Position numbers and translations under genes: made by a program. Below, piece by piece: positions 1 to 11,630 of a stretch of 32,000 nt of DNA. Within the stretch, counting starts at the first letter, position 1, and each line of letters opens with the position of its first letter. The notes beneath the pieces are model-generated. The model did not search any database, was not told where the DNA came from, and saw only the letters and a list, made by a program, of their open reading frames with translations. Origin of the DNA: Moraxella nasovis (lineage in GTDB: Bacteria > Pseudomonadota > Gammaproteobacteria > Pseudomonadales > Moraxellaceae); NCBI RefSeq assembly GCF_022701215.1, contig NZ_CP089976.1, forward strand, positions 1,260,001 through 1,292,000, written 5' to 3'.

Positions 1-228
<228 letters not shown>

Positions 229-269
229 TTTTGAACTATTTAATTTCAACCCTTCACATAGGTCATTAA

Positions 270-524
<255 letters not shown>

Positions 525-627
525 GCTGAAGCTGTCAGTTTATGCCTATTTCCATGGTGCTACCGACAACAGTGTGGCACCCAGAAATCGGCTATCACCT
601 GACTTTCACTATCAACGAGGTGATTAG

Positions 628-1098
628 ATGAACATTAATGCCACTATTATTGGTCAGATGATTGCGTTTGCGATTTTTGTGTTGTTTTGCATGAAATTCG
701 TATGGCCACCACTGATCGGTGCTATCAATGAGCGTCAACGCAAAATTGAAGAAGGCTTAAATGCTGCTGAGCAAGCCAAAGCGGACCTAGCTTCTGCTGA
801 AGCAAAAGTCGCTCAAGAGTTTGCTGCAGCAAAAGTAGAAGCAGCTTCAATCATTGATCGCGCGAACAAAACCGCCAATCAAATGATTGAAGAGGCGAAA
901 GATCAAGCTCGCTTAGAAGGTGAGCGTATCATTGCCCAAGCACAGCTAACTATTGAGCAAGAAGCGGCACAATCTCGTGAGAAATTGCGTTCTGAAGTTG
1001 CTCATTTAGCAGTATTTGGTGCAGAAAAGATTTTGCAAAGCAAAGTCAATGAACAAGAACACGCCAGCATGCTTGAACAGTTGGCAGCTAAGCTGTAA
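628..1098 (+). CDS. atpF: F0F1 ATP synthase subunit b
   Basis: The 156-aa product has one N-terminal TM helix followed by a long Ala/Glu/Lys/Gln-rich helix. An SD (gaggtg) is present, and the gene sits between atpE and atpH. Confidence 0.9.
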   Translation: MNINATIIGQMIAFAIFVLFCMKFVWPPLIGAINERQRKIEEGLNAAEQAKADLASAEAKVAQEFAAAKVEAASIIDRANKTANQMIEEAKDQARLEGERIIAQAQLTIEQEAAQSREKLRSEVAHLAVFGAEKILQSKVNEQEHASMLEQLAAKL

Positions 1099-1110
1099 TT
1101 AGAGGATATC

Positions 1111-1659
1111 ATGGCTGAATTATCAACCTTGGCAAGACCTTATGCAAAAGCTGCGTTTGATTACGCCAAAGAACAAAATGTAATTAACCCTTGGGAAGAC
1201 TTTTTGTCGGTTGCAAGCAGCATTGTAAGCGATGAAGATTATGTTTCTTTGCTCAGCAATCCAGCCATCTCTGCCAAGCAAAAGGCGGCTGTTTTGATTG
1301 ATGTACATAATGCACAGGCAGCCACCCCAGCTTCTGAAGCGTTGGTTAATTTTACAATTCAGTTGTCAGAGCAAAACAGATTGGCTTTATTGCCTGAAGT
1401 TCTCACTCATTACAGCAAGCTGAAATCTAACGAGCTAAAACAGATTGATGCTTACGTTACTTCAGCCTACCCCTTGACATCTGAGCAACGCCAGACATTG
1501 CAAGAAAAACTTGCAATTTCAACAGGCTCTATCGTAATTCTGCATGAAGCAGTAGATCCAGACCTGCTTGGCGGTGCTACAGTTAAGGTAGGGGATAAGT
1601 TCACTGATGGCTCGGTGCGAGGCAAGTTAAAACAATTAAAGACACAACTGACTGCATAA
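1111..1659 (+). CDS. atpH: F0F1 ATP synthase subunit delta (OSCP)
   Basis: The 182-aa product has an N-terminal [10 protein letters not shown] motif and a C-terminal [20 protein letters not shown] motif typical of delta/OSCP. The gene order also fits. Confidence 0.9.
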   Translation: MAELSTLARPYAKAAFDYAKEQNVINPWEDFLSVASSIVSDEDYVSLLSNPAISAKQKAAVLIDVHNAQAATPASEALVNFTIQLSEQNRLALLPEVLTHYSKLKSNELKQIDAYVTSAYPLTSEQRQTLQEKLAISTGSIVILHEAVDPDLLGGATVKVGDKFTDGSVRGKLKQLKTQLTA

Positions 1660-1693
1660 GTTAGCAAGTTGTCATTTTAAAGGAAACAAGGCA

Positions 1694-3238
1694 ATGCAAC
1701 AATTGAATCCAGCCGAAATCAGTAATCTGATTAAGCAGCGTATTCAAGACCTTGATGTGAACGCAACGGCAAAAACTGAAGGCGTGATCGTCAGTGTCTC
1801 TGATGGTATTGTACAAATTCATGGTCTTGAAGAAGCCATGTATGGTGAAATGATCGAGTTTGAGGGCAATGTTTATGGCATGGCACTTAACCTTGAGCAA
1901 GACTCTGTTGGTGCGGTTGTACTAGGCGACTACCTAAGTTTGCAAGAAGGTCAAAAAGCTTACTGCACAGGTCGTATTTTGGAAGTGCCAGTAGGTCCTG
2001 AGTTACTAGGTCGTGTCGTTGATGCACTGGGTAACCCCATTGATGGCAAAGGTCCCATCAACGCAAAACTAACCGACAAAGTAGAGAAGATTGCGCCAGG
2101 TGTTATCGCACGTCAATCCGTTGATGAGCCTGTGATGACAGGTTATAAGGCAGTTGATACCATGATTCCAATCGGTCGTGGTCAGCGTGAGCTTATCATT
2201 GGTGACCGTCAAACTGGTAAAACTGCTTTGGCAATTGATGCCATCATTGCTCAAAAAGATTCAGGTATCAAATGTATCTATGTTGCCATTGGTCAAAAAC
2301 GTTCAACCATTGCGAACGTAGTGCGTAAATTAGAAGAAACAGGTGCTTTGGCATATACCACAGTAGTAGTTGCGTCAGCATCAGAACCTGCTGCTCTTCA
2401 ATACATCGCTCCATATTCAGGCTGTACGATGGGTGAGTACTTCCGTGATCGTGGTGAAGATGCACTGATTGTTTATGATGATTTGTCTAAGCAAGCAGTT
2501 GCTTATCGTCAAATTTCACTACTATTACGTCGTCCACCAGGTCGTGAAGCGTATCCAGGTGATGTATTTTATCTACATTCACGTTTATTAGAACGTGCTT
2601 CTCGTGTCAATGCCGATTATGTAGAAGCATTTACTAAAGGCGAAGTGAAAGGTAAAACTGGTTCTTTGACCGCCTTACCAATCATTGAAACCCAAGCAGG
2701 TGACGTGTCAGCATTCGTACCGACCAACGTAATTTCTATTACAGATGGTCAGATATTCCTTGAGTCAAATTTATTTAACTCAGGTATCCGTCCTGCGGTG
2801 AACGCTGGTATTTCGGTATCTCGTGTAGGTGGTGCAGCACAGACTAAAATCATCAAGAAGCTATCAGGCGGTATCCGTACAGCTCTAGCACAGTATCGTG
2901 AATTGGCAGCCTTTGCTCAGTTTGCATCTGACCTTGATGATGCCACCAAGCAACAGCTTGAGCATGGTGAGCGTGTAACAGAACTGATGAAGCAAAAACA
3001 GTATGCGCCTATGTCTATTGCTGACCAAGCTGCTGTGATTTATGCATCAAACGAAGGTTATTTAGCTGACGTGCCAGTAGAAAAAATCGGTGCATTTGAA
3101 GAAGCGTTATTACGTTACTTACGCACTGATCATGCCGCATTGATGACCGAAATTGACCAAACTGCAAACTATAATGATGACATTGAAGGTCGTCTAAAAG
3201 CTGCTATTGAGTCTTTTAAAGCAACAGGCAGCTACTAA
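1694..3238 (+). CDS. atpA: F0F1 ATP synthase subunit alpha
   Basis: The 514-aa product carries Walker A GDRQTGKT and reads as the alpha subunit along its whole length. Confidence 0.98.
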   Translation: MQQLNPAEISNLIKQRIQDLDVNATAKTEGVIVSVSDGIVQIHGLEEAMYGEMIEFEGNVYGMALNLEQDSVGAVVLGDYLSLQEGQKAYCTGRILEVPVGPELLGRVVDALGNPIDGKGPINAKLTDKVEKIAPGVIARQSVDEPVMTGYKAVDTMIPIGRGQRELIIGDRQTGKTALAIDAIIAQKDSGIKCIYVAIGQKRSTIANVVRKLEETGALAYTTVVVASASEPAALQYIAPYSGCTMGEYFRDRGEDALIVYDDLSKQAVAYRQISLLLRRPPGREAYPGDVFYLHSRLLERASRVNADYVEAFTKGEVKGKTGSLTALPIIETQAGDVSAFVPTNVISITDGQIFLESNLFNSGIRPAVNAGISVSRVGGAAQTKIIKKLSGGIRTALAQYRELAAFAQFASDLDDATKQQLEHGERVTELMKQKQYAPMSIADQAAVIYASNEGYLADVPVEKIGAFEEALLRYLRTDHAALMTEIDQTANYNDDIEGRLKAAIESFKATGSY

Positions 3239-3315
3239 GGCAATATGAATGGTGTGTCAGATTATTGACACACCAAACCTTATTTATTTAAGATAAGTCC
3301 CGTATTGGAACAACT

Positions 3316-4191
3316 ATGGCAAGCTTAAAAGAAATACGTGCAAAAGTAACCAGCATTAAAAGCACTCAAAAAATTACACGTGCAATGCAAATGGTGGCTG
3401 CCAGTAAAATGCGTCGAGCTCAAGAACGCATGGAAATGGGTCGTCCTTATAGCGAAAGTATGCATCGTGTGATTTCACACTTGGTGCAAGCACAGTCGGA
3501 CTATAAGCACCCTTATATGGTAAGCCGTCCCGTTAATCGTGTGGGCTTTATCGTGGTCACATCAGATCGTGGCTTGGCAGGTGGTTTGAACATCAACTTA
3601 TTCAAAAACTTGCTAAAATCAGTCAAAGAATATCAAGATCAATCGGTGGAGATTGAGTTTGCTGCTATTGGCTCTAAGGGTGTTAGCTTCTTTAAGAGTT
3701 TCGGTGGAAAAGTAAGCTCGGCATTGACTGATTATGGCGATAGTCCAAGCTATGAGCAGTTAAGTGCTCCAGTTCAGGCAATGCTTGATGACTATAGTGC
3801 AGGTCGTTTAGATCGCATCTACTTGGCGTATAATAAATTTGTTAATGCAATGACCCAAAAACCATCACTTACCCAGCTTGTGCCACTACCTGCAGGTGCG
3901 ATGGAGAGTAAGGCGGATAATGTTTCGCATGGTTGGGATTATATTTATGAACCTAGCACAAAGGTGCTAATTGACAACCTTATGGTGCGTTATGTCGAAT
4001 CGATTGTTTATCAAGCTGTGCTTGAAAACATTGCTTCAGAGCAGTCAGCTCGTATGGTTGCAATGAAGGCAGCTACTGATAACGCTGGTAACTTAATTAA
4101 AGACTTACAGTTAGTGTATAACAAGCTGCGTCAAGCGGCGATTACTCGAGAAATCTCAGAAATCGTTGGCGGTGCTGCTGCTGTCTCCTAA
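3316..4191 (+). CDS. atpG: F0F1 ATP synthase subunit gamma
   Basis: The 291-aa product has the N-terminal [36 protein letters not shown] and C-terminal [24 protein letters not shown] sequences, both gamma hallmarks. Confidence 0.95.
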   Translation: MASLKEIRAKVTSIKSTQKITRAMQMVAASKMRRAQERMEMGRPYSESMHRVISHLVQAQSDYKHPYMVSRPVNRVGFIVVTSDRGLAGGLNINLFKNLLKSVKEYQDQSVEIEFAAIGSKGVSFFKSFGGKVSSALTDYGDSPSYEQLSAPVQAMLDDYSAGRLDRIYLAYNKFVNAMTQKPSLTQLVPLPAGAMESKADNVSHGWDYIYEPSTKVLIDNLMVRYVESIVYQAVLENIASEQSARMVAMKAATDNAGNLIKDLQLVYNKLRQAAITREISEIVGGAAAVS

Positions 4192-4209
4192 TCCCTTTAA
4201 GGATATGCT

Positions 4210-4605
4210 ATGTGGAATTTTAATAAAAAATTAATGGTTGTGGGAATGCTTACAGCATTAACGCTAACTGCTTGTGTGTCAACTGGCAATATCAGTATGA
4301 AAGAACAGAGCCAGCAAAGCATTGATAGTAAGATTATCAAGGGTAAAACTACCAAGCAAGAAATTGCTAATTTGTTTGGTCATGCAGATGCGGTTACTTT
4401 CACTGACAGTGGAAAAGAATTGTGGACATACGCTTACTCACGCTCTAAACCAAAAGCAAGAAATTTTATTCCTTATAACTTCTTTTCTCTTGGTGATAAT
4501 GTTCAAACAAAAGAATTGGTTGTTTTGTTTGATACTCAAGGAGTGGTTTCCAACTATACTTTTAGAGAAACAGCCAATCAAACTAGATATGGCATCGTAG
4601 AGTAA
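4210..4605 (+). CDS. Small lipoprotein, possibly SmpA/OmlA (BamE)-like, embedded in the atp operon
   Basis: The 131-aa product has a signal peptide with lipobox LTLTA|C (MWNFNKKLMVVGMLTALTLTAC). An SD (aagga) lies upstream. The segment KGKTTKQEIANLFGHADAV...ELWTYAY resembles the SmpA/OmlA fold signature; that family call is from memory only. Confidence 0.7.
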   Translation: MWNFNKKLMVVGMLTALTLTACVSTGNISMKEQSQQSIDSKIIKGKTTKQEIANLFGHADAVTFTDSGKELWTYAYSRSKPKARNFIPYNFFSLGDNVQTKELVVLFDTQGVVSNYTFRETANQTRYGIVE

Positions 4606-4630
4606 CTACATAATAATTAGAGAATTATAG

Positions 4631-6064
<1,434 letters not shown>

Positions 6065-6134
6065 TAAAAGACACCCAAGTAAAGCAATGGCGTTTTACTT
6101 GGGTTGTGTTGCAACGAAATGATTGGGAGATTCA

Positions 6135-6551
6135 ATGGCTACATTTAAATGTCGTGTAGTGAGTGCTCGTGAAGAGTTATACGCTGGCGATGTCAGTTTA
6201 TTGATTGCTAAGGGTCATGATGGCGAAGTGGGTATTTTGGCAGGTCATACACCGCTAATCACGCTACTAAAGCCTGGGGCATTGCGTATTAAGAACAGCG
6301 AAGGTGCTGAAGAAGTAATTTATGTTTCTGGCGGTGTTTTAGAAGTGCAGCCAAACATTGTTACTGTTTTGGCTGACTCTGCTGAACGTGCTCATGATCT
6401 AGATGAAGCGAAGATTTCTGAAGCACGTCGTGCAGCTGAACAGATGCTGGCAAATCAGAGCAGCACAGTTCAGACGAACGCTGCTTTGGCTGCTCTTGCT
6501 GAGTCTGTTGCTCAGCTACAAACAATCCAGAAATACAAAAACCGTGCGTAA
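6135..6551 (+). CDS. atpC: F0F1 ATP synthase subunit epsilon
   Basis: The 138-aa product was read from the ATG at 6135, with SD gggaga 5 nt upstream. The tracked ORF starts 4 codons earlier at a TTG. The protein has an N-terminal beta-sandwich (VVSAREELYAGDV...GILAGHTPLIT) and a C-terminal helical hairpin. Confidence 0.92.
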   Translation: MATFKCRVVSAREELYAGDVSLLIAKGHDGEVGILAGHTPLITLLKPGALRIKNSEGAEEVIYVSGGVLEVQPNIVTVLADSAERAHDLDEAKISEARRAAEQMLANQSSTVQTNAALAALAESVAQLQTIQKYKNRA

Positions 6552-6580
6552 TATTTTGGGTTTGTTGGTTTATTAAGGAT

Positions 6581-7312
6581 ATGATCATGACAGCACTTGC
6601 AACGCCAGAAAAAGAAAAAACACCTTATATTCTAATCGTAGAAGATGATGAAAGATTGGCTCTGCTAACACAGGATTATCTGCAACGAAATGGCATGGAA
6701 GTTGCTATTGAAAGCAATGGAAATACAGCGATTCAGCGTATCATCGATGAACAGCCAGATCTTGTCTTACTTGATGTAATGCTGCCAGGTTGTGATGGCT
6801 TGACAGTGTGTCGTGAGGTGCGACCACACTATCAGCAACCCATCTTAATGCTGACTGCTAGAACTGATGATATGGATCAAGTGCTTGGTCTTGAGATGGG
6901 TGCAGATGATTATGTTGCCAAAACAGTTCAGCCAAGAGTCTTGCTTGCTCGAGTTCGTGCATTGCTAAGAAGATTGGATGGTGTGGCGAGTGAGGATTCT
7001 CCTCAGCGTTTGCAGTTTGATAATTTGGTGATTGATAATGGCGGCAGATCGGTTACTTTAGATGGTCAGTTGGTTGACTTCACAAGTGCCGAATATGACT
7101 TATTATGGCTTTTGGCATCAAACTCTGGCAAGATTTTGTCTCGTGAAGATATTTTTGAGCGTTTACGTGGTATCGAATACGACGGGCAAGATCGTTCCAT
7201 TGATGTGAGAGTTTCACGCATCCGACCAAAGATTGGTGATGATCCTGAAAATCCAAAACGTATTAAGACGGTTCGAAGTAAAGGTTATTTATTTGTCAAA
7301 GATGGTAATTGA
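6581..7312 (+). CDS. bfmR: OmpR/PhoB-family response regulator (BfmR/RstA-like)
   Basis: The 243-aa product has a receiver domain (ILIVEDDE...DLVLLDVMLPG) and a winged-helix output domain (TSAEYDLLWLLASNSGKILSREDIFERLRG...RIKTVRSKGYLFV). It closely resembles my memory of Acinetobacter BfmR, so the symbol is tentative. The start could instead be ATG 6587. Confidence 0.88.
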   Translation: MIMTALATPEKEKTPYILIVEDDERLALLTQDYLQRNGMEVAIESNGNTAIQRIIDEQPDLVLLDVMLPGCDGLTVCREVRPHYQQPILMLTARTDDMDQVLGLEMGADDYVAKTVQPRVLLARVRALLRRLDGVASEDSPQRLQFDNLVIDNGGRSVTLDGQLVDFTSAEYDLLWLLASNSGKILSREDIFERLRGIEYDGQDRSIDVRVSRIRPKIGDDPENPKRIKTVRSKGYLFVKDGN

Positions 7313-7326
7313 TGTGACAATCTATA

Positions 7327-7358
7327 AAAAGCTGACAGTTTGTCGGCTTTTTTATTTT
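7327..7358 (+). terminator. Rho-independent terminator or attenuator between the response regulator and kinase genes
   Basis: The sequence aaaagctgaca-gtt-tgtcggctttt forms a stem of about 10 bp with one G-U pair. It is followed by the T-tract ttttatttt. Confidence 0.55.
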
Positions 7359-7410
7359 AAAATTTATGCGATGGCTTGATTAAATGAAGATCTGCAAATG
7401 AGTAGTGGCT

Positions 7411-9054
7411 ATGGAAAAATTTTTGATCAGTGAAAAGAGTATCTTTTTTCGTATATATGCAGGATTGGTATTATTATGCATATCAGTTGCACTTTTTGCT
7501 TATGGTCTTACCAATCTAGTTAATCAAAAGCGTCTACAATCGTATCGTGAAAATATGTCATCTGGCATATTTTATTTAATTTCTCAAGGTGTGACGCACC
7601 AAGAAAATGAGATTGACCGTGCGTACTGGCTTGCTGATGCCAGTAGCTTTTTTGGTGAAGAATTTAATATCATACCCATCAACTCTGTGTCGTTTACAAA
7701 ACGTGAGATTCAACGCCTTAATAGTGAAAAAACTGTAGTTCAAGCCCACGCTGATTCTTCAAAACTCACTTTTTATCACCGCATTGAGGGCGAGAGTAAT
7801 TTACTGACTGTCAGCTTATCACAAGTGGGTGAGCGTCAAGTGCGTGCCATGACAATTTTTTTGTTAGACGATTTGTCATATTTTCCAACCATGAACCAAA
7901 AACAAGCACGACTTAAATTTTTGGAGAAAAAATTTGGCATTCCTTTTGGTATTTACCCAATTAAGCATTTGGGCTTGGATTTAGAGCAAATTGGCAGGCT
8001 TCGTAGAGATGAGCCAGTCATGCTTTTTAGAGATGGTGACAGTATTCGTGATACCACTCTTTCTGTGGTGATGGCATCTCAGCTTGATACCATGGCAATC
8101 GTTATTGGACCTGCACCGCTGTTTAAGTGGTTTCCATTGAATTTATTAATTAGTATCGTGTTATTAAGTATGATGCTAATTAGCCTTGGGGTGTATGGAC
8201 TGATCCTACCCTTAGAAAAGCGTTTAAGACTGCTTCAGGCTGGGGTTGATCGAGTAACAAAAGGTGACTTAGACACCAAGATTGAAGTTATCGGTCGAGA
8301 TGATGTAGCTAAGCTGGCATATACATTTAATGTCATGACCTACCGTATTAAACGCTTGATCGAATCGCAAAGAGAGCTGACCCGAGCGGTATCACATGAA
8401 CTAAGAACGCCTGTGGCACGCATTCGCTTTGCAGTTGAGATGCTAGCTGACGATGATGATTATGAGTCGAGACAATCTCAAAAAGCCTATATTGATGAAG
8501 ATATCGAATCGCTAAACAAACTGATTGATGAAATATTAACCCATGCCAAGCTTGAAGAGGGAGTGCCAACATTAGACTGGCAAATGGTAAAGCTTGCTGA
8601 TTTGGTGACTCGGATCGAGCGAGAGACTAACGCACTGGGTAAGTCGATTACCGTAAGAACTGTTTTACCTAGTGTGAAAGTTGCGGCAATGGCAGATCTT
8701 AAGTTGTTGCATCGTGTGGTGCAAAATTTTGCTGGTAATGCCATGCGATATGCTAAAAGTACTATCATTATTAGTGCTGGAGTGAAGTCAGGTATGGCGT
8801 TTGTGAGTGTTGAGGATGATGGGCAAGGCATACCCAAGGCAGATCGTGAGAAGGTTTTTGTGCCATTTGCTCGCCTTGATGATAGCCGCACTAGAGCCTC
8901 AGGTGGCTATGGATTGGGATTGGCAATTGTTAGTCGCATTGCATTTTGGTTTAATGCGACCGTTACAGTAGATGACAGCCCTGAGCTTGGTGGGGCACGC
9001 TTTATTATGACATGGCCTGTTAAACAAGCAGGTGTTAAATTACCCAAGTTATAA
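7411..9054 (+). CDS. bfmS: Sensor histidine kinase (BfmS/RstB-like)
   Basis: The product is about 547 aa. It has an N-terminal TM helix, a periplasmic domain of about 215 aa, a second TM helix and a HAMP region. The HisKA H-box is SHELRTPVARI and the HATPase N/G boxes are NAMRYA, DDGQGIP and GGYGLGLAIV. A GTG at 7405 is an alternative start. The symbol is tentative. Confidence 0.88.
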   Translation: MEKFLISEKSIFFRIYAGLVLLCISVALFAYGLTNLVNQKRLQSYRENMSSGIFYLISQGVTHQENEIDRAYWLADASSFFGEEFNIIPINSVSFTKREIQRLNSEKTVVQAHADSSKLTFYHRIEGESNLLTVSLSQVGERQVRAMTIFLLDDLSYFPTMNQKQARLKFLEKKFGIPFGIYPIKHLGLDLEQIGRLRRDEPVMLFRDGDSIRDTTLSVVMASQLDTMAIVIGPAPLFKWFPLNLLISIVLLSMMLISLGVYGLILPLEKRLRLLQAGVDRVTKGDLDTKIEVIGRDDVAKLAYTFNVMTYRIKRLIESQRELTRAVSHELRTPVARIRFAVEMLADDDDYESRQSQKAYIDEDIESLNKLIDEILTHAKLEEGVPTLDWQMVKLADLVTRIERETNALGKSITVRTVLPSVKVAAMADLKLLHRVVQNFAGNAMRYAKSTIIISAGVKSGMAFVSVEDDGQGIPKADREKVFVPFARLDDSRTRASGGYGLGLAIVSRIAFWFNATVTVDDSPELGGARFIMTWPVKQAGVKLPKL

Positions 9055-9067
9055 AGTCAATGTTTGA

Positions 9068-9670
9068 TTAATCAAGCAAGTGGTTTGGATTATTTGTTCC
9101 TTGGTAAGTCAAAGTGATGTCATCTACTATGCTTACCACACTTGGAATGTAACAGCCCATCGACCCATCGTCAATCAGCAAATCGGCAATGCCATTAAAA
9201 TGCTCCGCTATTTCATAGGTCATCTCAAGTGAGCCATCTAGTACGCCAATCGGCAAACTTACTATCGGTGCATTTAAGCCTTCAAGCAAGGCAAGGGTAA
9301 GGGGTGTGGTTGCTAGCAGTATGCTGATAGATTTTTGGTTATCTAGTAGCTTTTTTGGCACAGCCTTAGTTGCTACTAGCGTCAATGCTGTCTGGCTTGA
9401 TGCGTGCGACTTTAGCAGACGATGTTGGGCATTGCTGACATCTGCATAATGTGCAATTTGACTTAAATTGTCACAAAGTAGGCTAAAAGGGTAGTTGCCA
9501 TCAGCAAGTCGACAAAGCTTATCCAGTGCGGTCTTGGCGGTGACTGACACCCCAAATGCATAGCCAAGCCCAGTGGGATAAATGATTAACTGATCGTTTG
9601 TCAATGCCTGCACTGCTTGGCTGATAAGGCGTGCTTGCGGGTTTTTTGGGTGAATATAAAGTGTTTGCAT
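9068..9670 (-). CDS. yciO: YrdC/Sua5-fold protein, YciO subfamily
   Basis: The 200-aa product begins LYIHPKNPQARLISQAVQAL...LIIYPTGLGYAFG. This aligns by eye with E. coli YciO (FYIHPDNPQQRLINQAVEIV...VIVYPTDSGYALG). Confidence 0.72.
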   Translation of the reverse strand: MQTLYIHPKNPQARLISQAVQALTNDQLIIYPTGLGYAFGVSVTAKTALDKLCRLADGNYPFSLLCDNLSQIAHYADVSNAQHRLLKSHASSQTALTLVATKAVPKKLLDNQKSISILLATTPLTLALLEGLNAPIVSLPIGVLDGSLEMTYEIAEHFNGIADLLIDDGSMGCYIPSVVSIVDDITLTYQGTNNPNHLLD

Positions 9671-9681
9671 AAACTATCTTC

Positions 9682-10401
9682 TTAGTGAATTGAAGTATAA
9701 AAATTTGGCTGGCATAGGCTTAGTAATACCCAAAGTAGCCGCTTTGCGTCTTTGGGAAGAAAGTTTGGTTGGCTTAAAAAATGCTGAGCTTGGGTAAATA
9801 CATCAGCTGCAAAGGTGCTGTTTGATGTGTCAAAGTCGGCATTTAGATTGTCTTGGGAAACATAAAAATAACGTCCACACGCTAAGCTAAGCAGGCATTC
9901 AACAGCTTGAGGTTTGATTTCTACCTGTTCAAATAAAGCCTGAGCGTCTTTATTACGACCGTCTGCCTGATACCAGTAGCCAAAATCATCAATTTGTCGT
10001 CTGTCAAACCCTGCTATGCACCAGTGGCTAATCTCATGTAAGGCACTTTGGAAAAACCCGTGAGCAAATTCAATACGAGCTGGCTTACCATCGTATGGTG
10101 CAAAATACTCAGGTTCGCCATCGCCACGCACTAGTGCAGTGGGAGTTTTGGTCATAGTGGCATTATGATATAATTGATTGAACAGTGTGATAAGCCAGTC
10201 GGTTAGCACGCTTTCGTCGTGATGGGCGTTTTTTACGCTTTGCCAAGATTTTGCATAGGTTTGCCAATCTGCTTTTGATATCAGACAGCTTAGCATTGGC
10301 TGTATTATCGCTGTGATTTGTGGGTCTTGATGAAAGCTTTGCCATGCTTTAGTGATGGCGTTATTGGTGCTATTTGGTGACAGTTGGCTAAAGTCAATCA
10401 T
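9682..10401 (-). CDS. epmC: Elongation factor P hydroxylase (EpmC/YfcM family)
   Basis: The motif HEISHWCIAG..RRQIDDFGYWYQADGR....FEQVEIKPQAVE matches the YfcM signature. I used the ATG at 10401; the tracked ORF begins 4 codons upstream at TTG 10413. The protein has an N-terminal extension relative to the E. coli protein as I remember it. Confidence 0.72.
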   Translation of the reverse strand: MIDFSQLSPNSTNNAITKAWQSFHQDPQITAIIQPMLSCLISKADWQTYAKSWQSVKNAHHDESVLTDWLITLFNQLYHNATMTKTPTALVRGDGEPEYFAPYDGKPARIEFAHGFFQSALHEISHWCIAGFDRRQIDDFGYWYQADGRNKDAQALFEQVEIKPQAVECLLSLACGRYFYVSQDNLNADFDTSNSTFAADVFTQAQHFLSQPNFLPKDAKRLLWVLLSLCQPNFYTSIH

Positions 10402-10473
10402 GGCTATTGGCAAATAAAAAGCTGAAATTTTTTGTAAATTATGGAATAATAGGGTAATTTTATCATAGATTAG

Positions 10474-11043
10474 ATGATTTTAGCGATGTCAAATACAACA
10501 GATTATCACCAAACCGCCAAAGAATTACCCACTAATATCCTGCTAGAAAAATGGATAGACGCCGGCTTTTCTTGGGTGGGCGAGATTTTTATTCATGAAT
10601 TTGAACGACTGTCAAAACAGGTTTATTTTAGCGAAAATGCCAATCCTAAGCTAAGTGTTAATGTTCAACTTGCTAAGAAAGATGGCGTGTTATGGCTGAC
10701 TTATGATGTACAAGGCGATATCTTGTTGTCTTGTCAGCGTTGTCTTGAGCCTATCGCCTTTGATGTAACGGGCGAATACCGTTTGGCAATTTTGGCAAAT
10801 GAGCATGAGACATCACGCATTGGTGGTGCTGAGTTTGTACTTCTTGATGAAGTGTGCCCAAGCGAGAGTCGTAAAATGTTGCCAATTAAAGCCTTATTAG
10901 AAGATGAGCTGTTATTGGCTTTGCCTTTATCGCCACGTCACGACGACTGCACAACACCTATAGACGCATCTGATCATGACGAGAATCAAGAGCAGGATAA
11001 TCCTTTTGCAGTGTTATCTGCATTAAAAGGCAAGCTAAACTGA
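10474..11043 (+). CDS. yceD: DUF177 / YceD family protein (23S rRNA accumulation protein)
   Basis: The 189-aa product has the CQRCLEP... Cys motif and an acidic tail. It keeps the conserved position immediately upstream of rpmF. The start may be ATG 10486. Confidence 0.8.
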   Translation: MILAMSNTTDYHQTAKELPTNILLEKWIDAGFSWVGEIFIHEFERLSKQVYFSENANPKLSVNVQLAKKDGVLWLTYDVQGDILLSCQRCLEPIAFDVTGEYRLAILANEHETSRIGGAEFVLLDEVCPSESRKMLPIKALLEDELLLALPLSPRHDDCTTPIDASDHDENQEQDNPFAVLSALKGKLN

Positions 11044-11268
11044 AATATAATGCCAAATCAACACTTAATTTTGTAAATTTTTTAGTTTAAGCTTTCACTT
11101 TAGTAAAAATTTTGATAGAATATGACGTTTATTGCGTTCAAGCCTTGCTTGCGTATTGGGAGACGCCCAAATCCCAAACCAGATGCAATCCGCTCGCTAC
11201 TATTGACGCAACCGTTTTTTGTAAATCAGGCAGCTATTTCTGTCTTTTCATGAACATTAGGAGCTATC

Positions 11269-11451
11269 ATGGCAGTTCAACAAAACCGCAAAAGCCGCTC
11301 ACGTCGTGACATGCGTCGTTCACACGATCGTATGTTGGTAAATATTTTGAGCATTGACTCTACTACTGGTGAAAAACACATTCGCCACCACGCGACTAAA
11401 GACGGTTTTTACCGTGGTCGTCAGCTGTTCAAGGTAAGTCAAGACAGCTAA
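11269..11451 (+). CDS. rpmF: 50S ribosomal protein L32
   Basis: The 60-aa product begins [20 protein letters not shown], a canonical L32 N-terminus. An SD (aggag) is present. Confidence 0.95.
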   Translation: MAVQQNRKSRSRRDMRRSHDRMLVNILSIDSTTGEKHIRHHATKDGFYRGRQLFKVSQDS

Positions 11452-11474
11452 TTTGACGTGAATTAAAGCATAAG

Positions 11475-11509
11475 CCAAACCGATTGTTCTCAATAGGTTT
11501 GGTTTTTTT
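11475..11509 (+). terminator. Rho-independent terminator after rpmF
   Basis: The stem ccaaacc ... ggtttgg is followed by tttttt. Confidence 0.55.
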
Positions 11510-11630
11510 GTGCAAGCTTTTGTGGTGAAGCTAAATTTTTGAGTAAACAATTGTTTATTTTTTATGCTAGAATGAAATTATGCTAGAATGTAACCTTTGG
11601 TTTATTAATTTTAAAGATAATGGGTGATTT

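Noticed and set aside
1123-2465. Several 60-80 aa minus-strand ORFs lie antisense to atpH and atpA (1123-1308, 1467-1667, 1661-1900, 2069-2254, 2268-2465).
   Set aside because: They are antisense shadows of highly conserved genes, with no SD and low-complexity or odd composition. The same reasoning applies to 5253-5486, 6361-6588, 8348-8891, 14591-15421, 15933-16388, 21192-21467, 22044-22250, 22945-23127, 23233-23448, 25040-26550 and 31072-31371.
4322-4600. A 92-aa alternative-frame ORF lies inside the lipoprotein gene.
   Set aside because: It is fully nested in the ORF that has a signal peptide, lipobox and SD, and it has no SD of its own.
11112-11309. A 65-aa ORF lies in the yceD-rpmF spacer and overlaps the rpmF start.
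   Set aside because: It has no SD, and it overlaps the rpmF SD and start. The region is more plausibly the rpmF promoter and leader; an extended -10-like TGATAGAAT sits at about 11113.
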